NCBI GenBank assembly: GCA_976226885.1
Contig: OZ320313.1
Span: forward strand, 52,638,001 to 52,702,000
Origin: Iphione sp. A-MEVVRFRX5
Lineage: Eukaryota
Length of the DNA stretch: 64,000 nt
Direction: 5' to 3'
In this document: one piece after another, positions 13,667 through 21,581 of the stretch
Layout of the letters: the number at the start of each line of letters is the position of its first letter
How positions within the stretch are numbered: the stretch's first letter is position 1
Made by a program: the position numbers and the translations under genes
Notes under the pieces: model-generated
The model's input: only the letters and a program-made list of their open reading frames with translations
Database searches by the model: none
Told to the model about the DNA's origin: nothing

Positions 13667-16600
13667 GCCAGGAGGGCTTGGCTGAACAGACCCCTACGGG
13701 GCAGATAATGGAACAAGGCCAGGGGCCACATTTACAGGTAAGCGTGAGGGGTGACAAATACTTGTTTCTCATTGACACGGGGGCTGAAGTTTCCATTATT
13801 AACCCGGGGGTGGTCCCTGGCCTAGATGGTGAAGGCGGGGATGTCCGTATTACTGGGGCAGGGGGGCACGTTATCCCCACATTGGGCCGGGAGATTCTGG
13901 AGGTTGAGATAGCGGGTCAACAGTTTACTCATCCTTTCCTGATTGCCAACATTGGGGAGGAGGGTCTGCTGGGGAGTGATTTCCTCAACCAACATCAGGC
14001 AGTTATAGATTTAGCACAGGGGAGGGTTCGATTTGGCCCAGGGATAGGCACCCGACAGATTCTGGGAGAACGGGTCCCTTTGCGTTTGGCCCATGACGTT
14101 ACCCTTCCCCCGGGAGAGGGAATAGCAGTCCCCCTAACTAATGGGGGTGGTGACGCCTTCCTAGTGGAGGGAGTAGAGGAGGACCAATTGAGGAGAGGGA
14201 TCTTTGGGATTCGAAGTGTTGTCAGAACTGCATTACCTTTGTGGAATCTCCAAAACCAAGAAGTTACGTTGACACAGGGTACCCTGGTGGCAATGGGTTA
14301 CCCTGCCAGTTGTCTAGAGAACAAGGAAGGAGGGTACCCGGCTAGAGTCTGTGCCGTTCGGAGGGAAGTGGAAGCAGTGCTGAAGAATTTGCTAGCGCAG
14401 GCCGCCCCACGCTTGGAGCACGAAGAACAAGGAGCATTAGCCGAGGTGCTCAGGAAACATGCGGCCGTGTTTGCTCAGACAAAGGGGGACTTGGGGAGGA
14501 CCGATATCGTTCAACACCGAATTTATCTGACCGACCCCCACCCCATCAAGCAACCTCCCAGGCGCCTCCCGCTGACACGCCGGAAGGAGGAGCGGGAGTT
14601 AGTACAAGAGATGAAGACTTTGGGGGTGATACAGGAGAGTAATAGCCCTTGGTCCAGCCCCGTGGTCATGGTGCGAAAGAAAGACGGTACCACCCGGTTC
14701 TGCGTAGATTATCGAAGGCTCAACCAGCAGACTAAGGTGGATGCATACCCCCTGCAGAGAATTGACGACTCATTGAGTACCCTGGCCGGAGCTCGCTATT
14801 TCTGTTCATTAGACTTGGCGTCGGGGTACTGGCAAGTACGAATGCACCCCGATGACCAAGAGAAGACGGCCTTTTCTACGTCGGTGGGCCTGTATGAGTT
14901 CACCGTGATGCCATTCGGTCTGGTGAATGCTCCGGCCACGTTTGAACGCTTGATGGATACTGTGCTTCGTGGATTAGCCTGGGAACAATGTCTGGTGTAC
15001 TTGGATGACATTCTGGTTTTCGGTCGGGACTTTGAAGAGACCTTGTGTCGCTTGGACAATGTACTGAGCCGCATCGCCAGTGCCGGCCTGAAACTAAAGC
15101 CTACGAAGTGTCAGTTGTTTCTGGAGGAAGTCAGTTTTCTAGGCCATGTGGTGTCGCAAAAAGGAGTAGCTACTGACCCCGTGAAGACAAAAGATATTAT
15201 CGAGTGGCCAACCCCACGATGCACGACAGACGTCCGTGCTTTCCTGGGGATCTGTTCCTACTATCGCCGACATGTTCCCCAGTTCGCCGATCTAGCAGCC
15301 CCGCTTAACCGGCTGACCAGCTCGCGAGTAAGATTCTCCTGGGGCCCCCAAGAGGAGGCTGCCTTCCAGAGCCTCAAACGCGCACTCAGCACCAGCCCGG
15401 TCCTGGGTTATCCTCATGCAGAAGGCAGGTACTACCTGGACACCGACGCCAGCAATGTTGGCCTGGGGGCCGTTCTGGCCCAGGAGCAGTTGGGCGAAGA
15501 AGTTGTGTTAGCCTACTTCAGCAGGAGCCTCAGCGAGGCTGAGCGGCGGTACTGCGTCATGAGAAGGGAACTGCTGGCCGTGGTAGCTGCACTCAAGCAC
15601 TTTCATTTCTACCTGTATGGGCAAGACGTCACTGTACGCACTGATAATGGGGCGGTGAGCTGGCTGACGAGGATAAAAGACCCTGAGGGACAGCTAGCCA
15701 GGTGGCTGGAGAGGATCGGCCAATACCAAGTACAATTCGTGCATCGGGCCGGCCGCCTGAATTCAAACGCAGATGCACTCTCTCGGCGCATTTGCAGACA
15801 GTGCAAACAGCCTCACCTGGAGCAAGAGGAACCCATATCAGCCACGGTACGGGTGGTCACGCGAAGTCAAATCACTGACGCCTGTTCACAAGATCTGCGC
15901 CGGGAGCAGCTATTAGACGAGGCAATAGGGCCTGTCCTGCGACTAAAAGAGAACGAGAACGACCGACCCTTGTGGGACAAGGTCTCGGCCTTGCCCGCCT
16001 GCGCCAAAGCCCTCTGGAGACAGTGGGACCGGCTAGTGGTGCATGATGGACTCCTACAACGCCGCTGGTATGGGATCGGGGATGGGCCGTCTAGGCTACA
16101 GGTTGTACTCCCCGCCAGCCGACGAGATGCAGCCATCGAAGAAGTACATGCAGGTCGCACGGGAAGTCACCTGGCAACGGATCGTACCACCTACCTGATT
16201 GCCCTCGCCTATTATTGGCCTGGGATGAGGCGAGAGGTGGAGGCCTTCTGCCGCCGCTGTCATTGCGCCCTGCTGAATGTCAACCCGTACAAGCCCCAAA
16301 CGACGTTAGTGACCTACCTGCCGGGAGAACCGATGGAGAGGTGGTCCATGGATGTGGCCGGCCCCCTGCCTGAGACTCGGCGGGGGAACAAATACATACT
16401 GATGGTGGGTGATTATTTTACGAAGTGGTTAGAGGCTTTCGCCATGCCGGACCAGAAGGCTGGCCGGGTGGCTACGCTCCTTGCTGAGGAAGTTATCTCA
16501 CGATATGGGTGCTTCTTGGAAATCCACAGCGACCAGGGCACGAACTTCTGCAGTGAGGTCCTAACAGCACTCTGCCAGTTTCTGGAAATTAAGAAGACCC

Positions 16601-17274
16601 GTACGACCCCGCGTCACCCACAGAGTGATGGATTTATAGAGAGGAGTTTCCGTACTGTTGGGCGCATGGTGAAAGCGCACTGTTATGAGACACAAGACGA
16701 TTGGGACGAGGCCTTACCCTACCTTATGATGGCATATAGGGCCTCCCCGCAATCTAGCACGGGGTATACCCCCAACCTCCTAATGTTCGGACGAGAGGTC
16801 GTACTACCGGTACATGCCTGGGCTGGGTTCCCGCAACATTGTCCCGACGAACGACCCCTCCCGGAGAGGGTAGCTGAAGTGAGTCGCCGACTTCAAGTCG
16901 CTTTCAAGACCGTGCGACACCATCTCCAGCGAGCTGCTAAGACCCAGGGACGGGCGTACGATCGGAGGGTCGAGGGAACTCAACTTCGGGAAGGGGACGT
17001 CGTTTGGCTACACGAAGCCCAACCCCCAAGAGGTCAAAGCCCGAAGACCTACTTCCCCTGGATTGGACCCTGGCTGGTTGTCAAACGATTGGACGATGCA
17101 CGGTATGTCGTTCAGCGCACGCGAAAGGCGAGACCGAAGGTAGTTCATCGCAACCGCTTGCGGCGCTACTGTAGTGGGAATCTACCACGGTGGATAGTCA
17201 GTTGGCGGCGAGCCCATCTCCCGACGGACGGAGACCGGGCAGGGACAGACGATTCAAAGGAAGAGAGGCTATAG
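13618..17274 (+). CDS. pol: Pol polyprotein: aspartic protease, reverse transcriptase, RNase H, integrase (probably entered by frameshift near 13645, not at the listed start)
   Basis: PR: FLIDTGAEVS. RT: LDLASGYWQV, MPFGLVNAPATF, YLDD. RNase H: LDTDASNVGLGAVL, RELLAVV, TDN, ADALSR. IN: H-X6-H finger, MDVAGP / HSDQG / FIERSF (DDE) and a GPW version of the GPY/F motif. Uninterrupted 1218-codon frame. Confidence 0.97.
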   Translation: MPTGPYPGKRPAASPVGQEGLAEQTPTGQIMEQGQGPHLQVSVRGDKYLFLIDTGAEVSIINPGVVPGLDGEGGDVRITGAGGHVIPTLGREILEVEIAGQQFTHPFLIANIGEEGLLGSDFLNQHQAVIDLAQGRVRFGPGIGTRQILGERVPLRLAHDVTLPPGEGIAVPLTNGGGDAFLVEGVEEDQLRRGIFGIRSVVRTALPLWNLQNQEVTLTQGTLVAMGYPASCLENKEGGYPARVCAVRREVEAVLKNLLAQAAPRLEHEEQGALAEVLRKHAAVFAQTKGDLGRTDIVQHRIYLTDPHPIKQPPRRLPLTRRKEERELVQEMKTLGVIQESNSPWSSPVVMVRKKDGTTRFCVDYRRLNQQTKVDAYPLQRIDDSLSTLAGARYFCSLDLASGYWQVRMHPDDQEKTAFSTSVGLYEFTVMPFGLVNAPATFERLMDTVLRGLAWEQCLVYLDDILVFGRDFEETLCRLDNVLSRIASAGLKLKPTKCQLFLEEVSFLGHVVSQKGVATDPVKTKDIIEWPTPRCTTDVRAFLGICSYYRRHVPQFADLAAPLNRLTSSRVRFSWGPQEEAAFQSLKRALSTSPVLGYPHAEGRYYLDTDASNVGLGAVLAQEQLGEEVVLAYFSRSLSEAERRYCVMRRELLAVVAALKHFHFYLYGQDVTVRTDNGAVSWLTRIKDPEGQLARWLERIGQYQVQFVHRAGRLNSNADALSRRICRQCKQPHLEQEEPISATVRVVTRSQITDACSQDLRREQLLDEAIGPVLRLKENENDRPLWDKVSALPACAKALWRQWDRLVVHDGLLQRRWYGIGDGPSRLQVVLPASRRDAAIEEVHAGRTGSHLATDRTTYLIALAYYWPGMRREVEAFCRRCHCALLNVNPYKPQTTLVTYLPGEPMERWSMDVAGPLPETRRGNKYILMVGDYFTKWLEAFAMPDQKAGRVATLLAEEVISRYGCFLEIHSDQGTNFCSEVLTALCQFLEIKKTRTTPRHPQSDGFIERSFRTVGRMVKAHCYETQDDWDEALPYLMMAYRASPQSSTGYTPNLLMFGREVVLPVHAWAGFPQHCPDERPLPERVAEVSRRLQVAFKTVRHHLQRAAKTQGRAYDRRVEGTQLREGDVVWLHEAQPPRGQSPKTYFPWIGPWLVVKRLDDARYVVQRTRKARPKVVHRNRLRRYCSGNLPRWIVSWRRAHLPTDGDRAGTDDSKEERL
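13639..13697 (+). other. -1 programmed ribosomal frameshift signal (gag-pol)
   Basis: Slippery heptamer G GGA AAC (13639-13645) lies in the gag frame and pol is in the -1 frame. After a 6-nt spacer comes a stem CAGCCAGCCC (13652-13661) / GGGCTTGGCTG (13674-13684). Confidence 0.8.
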
Positions 17275-17779
17275 AAGGATGCCTCGGCGAAACGGCGAAC
17301 GGAAAACCCCCATCTCTTGAAGTGCTCTTGAAAAATGTTCAGGGTAGGCGACGTGGGAAGCCTGAGGTACCAAGATGCCTGAAAGTCCCAGGAGTGGGCG
17401 AGGTGGGCAGCCCGAGGGTGCGTAGACACCCAAAAACAGCCCAGGGAAGAGGGAGACGCAGATCCCTGCAGGTGCCGGAAATATGGTCGGAGGTACGAGG
17501 AGCTCACCTGAAGTTGCAATTCGTGCAACGAGAAAAAGAGGCTCCTGGGGGAGGACTGATGAACGCCCCGAGATGCGAGCTGAAAACCCGGAAAGGTTCA
17601 TGGGGGGAGGCGACCATCCCCTAGGGCACCTGAAAATCTCTGTGGAGGGAGAGAATGACTGAACACCCTGCAAGAGCACTGGTCAAGAGGAGTTGGGGGG
17701 GAAACGGCAAGGAGATGTGGACCTCCTGGAACTCGGAATGGGAGTTCGAAAGAGCCCAGAAGAAACGGAGAGAAGGAAA

Positions 17780-17910
17780 CCGAGATGCGGGCCATTCCCT
17801 CTGGAAGTGACGCCAAGATGTGGTCCTTGTCCTCTGGTAGAAGAAAGGCCAAGCCACGCTCTATGTCCTCTAGAAGTGAAGCCAAGGTGAGGTCCTTGTC
17901 CTCTAGATGG
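17780..17910. repeat. Four degenerate 33-36 bp tandem repeats (CCRAGRTG...CCTCTRGA)
   Basis: Units start at 17780, 17813, 17849 and 17882, so spacings are 33, 36 and 33. Related cores lie at 17370, 17568 and 17710. Confidence 0.75.
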
Positions 17911-18018
17911 AGGGGAGAAAAGACAGTCAATGATCATTGAAAAAAAAAAATCAGTGGGTTATAATCTACAGTAATAGACGGAACACTGAACGCAAGTATA
18001 CAAGATGTGAAAGAACAA

Positions 18019-18024
18019 TTTATT
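18019..18024 (-). terminator. Poly(A) signal for the antisense gene
   Basis: AATAAA on the minus strand, 88 nt after the stop codon at 18112, followed by a T-rich stretch. Confidence 0.55.
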
Positions 18025-18111
18025 ACAGAGTAACGTATTTTCAGTCTGAAGTGCAAAACACATATACTAGAGGACGATATGTACAGTTCGGAAGTATACA
18101 GTCCGGCAGCC

Positions 18112-18848
18112 CTACTCTAAGATGATCGGATAGCTAGCCGAATCTCCGGGTTGCATCTCAGGAAACCAGTCCCGCAGAATATCGTCGGGCAGGTCATCTA
18201 ACAGAATCCTGCCGAGTGCTGGACCGGTAGCTGGTGAGCCAACCGGAGTGGGGCGTGAAGGCGTGTCCTGAGTGGTGCCACTGGAGGAGGATGAGGGCGA
18301 GCACGGCCCGAAGAGAGCGTCCGCCAGCAGGCTGATAGACCCGGCCGAACTCGGGCGGCCGGAGTCCGTACTGGAGGGCGGATCCCAGGGGTCCAGCCGG
18401 TCGGTGGTCCAGCTCCCTGGAGACCAAGAAAGGCTGGATGAAGCGGCCGGTGAGAGGCAGGGCGGCGTCATAGACCCCCCCCGGTACCAGCGAGGAGACG
18501 GCTCGGGGGGATCACCCAGCGTGGTGAAGTACGATGCCACCATCCGGGGGCTGATCTCCGGGGAGACCACCTCTGTGCGGGGCGCGTAAGACGGGCTCCT
18601 TGGAATGGTCGAAGGTGGTGTGAAGGATCGGGGGTCGGCGACTGATGGCTCAAGGGGGTAGACAGAAATATCTACCCGATGGTTCGGCCCGAAGAGCCGG
18701 ATGGTGCCGGGGGCTGGGACAAACAGTGGCTCTGTGAGAATCGGGTAGAGGCCGAAGATCCTGATTGTCGGCCCCGGGGTGCCGATGTCCAGCGCCCGGT
18801 AGTACCAGTCCGGGGGCTGGGATCTGAAAGAGGAAGAGAGCTGCGATG

Positions 18849-18888
<40 letters not shown>

Positions 18889-19282
18889 GGAAGAAGAAGA
18901 TTGGACTCACCCAGACCAACTCCGGGAGAATATGGCTGCCACACCTGAAAACAAGAGAGGGTGGAATCTTGTAACAGCAAACACAACTGCAACCATCCCA
19001 ACAGGTAAAGTCTCTGACAACACTTGGTAGGCAAGGGTAAAAGGAGAGAACCCCCATTGGTGAGCAGGAAAGGGGAGGCTTGCAGGGGGGGTACACCCCA
19101 TTGGAGGGAGGAAGGGGGAGGTTCACCCCCCAACCATAAGGGTAGGCCCTACCCTGGGAGGGAGGAAGCAAGAGGGGGGGCTCTCCAGTTAACCCCTCTA
19201 GATAAATACACTGAGGTAGGGAAGCTTACCTGTCCTCCATGGGGGGGTATCCCATCAAGTAGGCAGGTGGCCAGTAGTCCAT
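18112..19282 (-). CDS. Three-exon antisense accessory gene, 271 aa: join(complement 19230-19282, 18911-18944, 18112-18840)
   Basis: ATG at 19282. Intron 1 (285 nt): CAG|GTAAGC ... CTCTCTTGTTTTCAG|. Intron 2 (70 nt): TGG|GTGAGT ... T39-CATCGCAG|. Exons of 53, 34 and 729 nt join in frame. Protein: MDYWPPAYLMGYPPMEDRCGSHILPELVWLSSSFRSQPPDWYYRALDIGTPGPTIRIFGLYPILTEPLFVPAPGTIRLFGPNHRVDISVYPLE...ILLDDLPDDILRDWFPEMQPGDSASYPIILE. Confidence 0.8.
18849..18887 (+). repeat. A39 homopolymer (the poly-T tract of antisense intron 2)
   Basis: Seen directly. It lies between GTGAGT and CAG on the minus strand. Confidence 0.95.
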
Positions 19283-19313
19283 GATGACAATCCTCGTCGA
19301 GGCCGAGTCAGCG

Positions 19314-19349
19314 AGTGACGGCGGGTCGAGTGCAGCGCCCCCTTATATA
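19314..19349 (-). promoter_or_regulatory. Internal antisense core promoter (TATATAAG plus Inr-like TCACT)
   Basis: Minus-strand TATATAAG at 19349-19342. TCACT with its A at 19316, 33 nt downstream of the TATA start. First ATG at 19282. Confidence 0.65.
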
Positions 19350-19374
19350 GCTGCCGCAGGCCAGAAAAATAATC

Positions 19375-20182
19375 GTGGTGCCACGGGCCGAAAATCTTAT
19401 GACGCAATTTGTGAACTACGCCGCGGGGAAACGGATTCGACATGCAACGAGGAGGAACAAGTCAGGAATAACGGTGGTGCCACGCCCCGGGGGACATTTG
19501 TGGATCAAGACAGGAAATATTGCAAGAAGAACATCGCGTAACGAATCGTGGCACCACGAGTGGGGCTGGGCCGGAAATGGATAACGTCAACATCCGCGTC
19601 TGCCTCGCTCTGGATCCGGCTACGAAGAAAAATAGCCGTGGTGCCACGGATAAAAAGTGAAGGGTGGAGGTGACTTAAAATTAGCACACGACAAGTTTAA
19701 ACAGTGTACAGAGAAGAAAAGGGTTGAAATAACTGTGGTGCCACGGGCAGAAACGTTTGCAAATAAAAACGAAAACTTTGGGAGAAATCGCGGCACCACG
19801 GTTTGCTTCAGAAGATCAGCGTCCACTGTTGGATTTGCTCCCCCTCCCCCGTGTTTCTCCAGGAACAGGACAGGCAGGGCCCCCGGTCAACTGTGCACCA
19901 GGGGAAGGTGAAAACAAAGATCTATCCACCAATTTTGCGGAAGGAGGAGGAAACTTACATCGAGCCCCAACGAAGCGACAAGAAAAATCCGTGGCACCAC
20001 GGGCGGACTGGTCGTGAGACGTCAGGTAATTCCTTCACTTTGAATAAGATTGCCCTCCCCGGATTGTTATTATTCTCCTGTGATACGTAATCTATACGGG
20101 ATCTGTGTGCCTAAATCTTGTTTTCGCCGTATGTGACCGTGGTACCCCGAAACACCTGGACCCTAAAAAACGGTGGCACCGC
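19375..20182. promoter_or_regulatory. Internal array of the LTR palindrome GTGG(TG/CA)CCAC
   Basis: Exact copies at 19375, 19474, 19548, 19638, 19735 and 19991. One-mismatch copies at 19790 and 20173. Most are preceded by an A-rich run and flanked as CGTGG..CCACG. Confidence 0.85.
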
Positions 20183-20189
20183 GGCCAGA

Positions 20190-21581
20190 ATGCCTCGCCA
20201 TAAGATCGACGGCCCCACTCTCCCGCGCACCCTGGACAAGGACGACCCCCTCCCGGAGGGGACCAAGCTCTGCCCCAAGTGTGAGGTCGCTGGGAAGCGA
20301 CGCCCCTTCTACCCTGGCGACTCCTTGAAGCGCCATGACGACGAATTTCATCAAGGAAAGCGCAGGCGTTTTGTCCGTTGTTTTCTGTGTCCGAAGACAC
20401 TCAGCGAGGACCAAACCTGGGTATCCCACCACCGCCGGTACCATCCATGGGCGGTGAACCTGGGGATGGTGGAGCGCCCCTATCGCCGCTTATATGATGC
20501 GAACCCGGCACCGACAGTTGAGGCTCCCGATGACGAGATCACCGAAATTATTCTGTGGGCCCGAGAATTACGCCAGCGGGGAGACTACCTCGGACCAGAG
20601 GAAGCCGAGGCCATGCTGGCTGCCTCATCGCGGAGGGCCCCGGCCCCTCTACCGCTGCGGAAATGCCATCTAGCTGATCCTCGACCTGAAGGGGCATTGG
20701 AATTGGCAACCCCACGACTACCTCCGACACCGGACTCCGAAGAGGATGCCCACCGCCCTGTTGGCTCACCTCAGCCAGGCCCTTCCTGGGAGGCCGCTCC
20801 TCGGACCGGGCCATCCGCCGAGCCAGAAGGTGCCACTGCCCAACTAGAAGGGGTCGGTGCTAGGGATACCGGCGCCACTGGAGAGACCGACTACCCAACT
20901 GCTGCTGGCAACCTCCCACTGTTGTTGGAAGGGCGATTGGTCCGCCTCGCCCGTGCGGACGTCCCCCCTGGGTGGGTTGACCCCGCCACTAGGTTAGTCC
21001 GCGACATGCTGGATGGAGTCGCCCATCCGAGGATACCCGTGATGAGGAGCCGTTTCGAGCCAGCGGCTGTGCGCCTTCCCCCGACAATTACCTGGCCGCC
21101 ACCCCGTTGGGGGGAGATGACACCAGCTCAACGCATGATGACGAGTGCTTCGCTGGCGTGGGTGCTTCAGCTTGCCGAGGAGGGGGACCGGCTGCCAGGG
21201 ACATTGCTAGGCCCCCTAAGGAAACGACCTGCTCTTCTGCTGCCGGGACTGGAAATACCGACAGCCAACGAGTGGGGGGACCCGGCCGACCTCCTCACTC
21301 GCAATAACAAAACCATTGAAGCCGCCGAAGCCGCCCTGCGTGACACCCAACCCGGACCCTCCCGAGGACCCCGCCGGGTAAACACAGAGCTCCTCCAGTG
21401 GACCCAGCAGGCCCAGGAGGCTCATCGACTTCATCAAGCCCGACACCCCACCTTAGCGGACATTTGTAACCATGCGCCGCCCCTGCAGTCCCTCCTCAGT
21501 CTCGAGGACGTCTGGGGAGATGATGAAGAGGAGGAGTTAAGCACCGAGGCGGGTGACGCCCGAGAAGGTTCTACAGAGTAA
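20190..21581 (+). CDS. Accessory protein (463 aa): two N-terminal C2H2-type zinc fingers, Pro-rich linker, uncharacterised C-terminal domain, acidic tail
   Basis: Long open frame with first ATG at 20190. Finger 1: C-X2-C-X8-F-X5-L-X2-H-X4-H (CPKC...FYPGDSLKRHDDEFH). Finger 2: C-X2-C-X3-L-X5-W-X2-H-X4-H (CFLCPKTLSEDQTWVSHHRRYH). Ends DVWGDDEEEELSTEAGDAREGSTE. Confidence 0.85.
   Translation: MPRHKIDGPTLPRTLDKDDPLPEGTKLCPKCEVAGKRRPFYPGDSLKRHDDEFHQGKRRRFVRCFLCPKTLSEDQTWVSHHRRYHPWAVNLGMVERPYRRLYDANPAPTVEAPDDEITEIILWARELRQRGDYLGPEEAEAMLAASSRRAPAPLPLRKCHLADPRPEGALELATPRLPPTPDSEEDAHRPVGSPQPGPSWEAAPRTGPSAEPEGATAQLEGVGARDTGATGETDYPTAAGNLPLLLEGRLVRLARADVPPGWVDPATRLVRDMLDGVAHPRIPVMRSRFEPAAVRLPPTITWPPPRWGEMTPAQRMMTSASLAWVLQLAEEGDRLPGTLLGPLRKRPALLLPGLEIPTANEWGDPADLLTRNNKTIEAAEAALRDTQPGPSRGPRRVNTELLQWTQQAQEAHRLHQARHPTLADICNHAPPLQSLLSLEDVWGDDEEEELSTEAGDAREGSTE

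Noticed and set aside
17100-17274. Chromodomain at the integrase C-terminus
   Set aside because: Only the GPY/F-type module and a short tail are present, with no aromatic-cage pattern.
18650-19171. ORF-track entries 18650..19171 and 18672..19133 with poly-Phe
   Set aside because: They read through introns (T39 gives the Phe run) and use non-ATG starts. The spliced model explains the region.
19375-20182. GTGG(TG/CA)CCAC array read as a CRISPR array
   Set aside because: The repeat is only 10-12 bp, in both orientations, with irregular spacing, no cas genes, and a eukaryotic retroelement context.
20118-20189. N-terminal 24 codons of the 487-aa ORF
   Set aside because: Starts at TTG within the predicted intron. 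The first ATG is at 20190.
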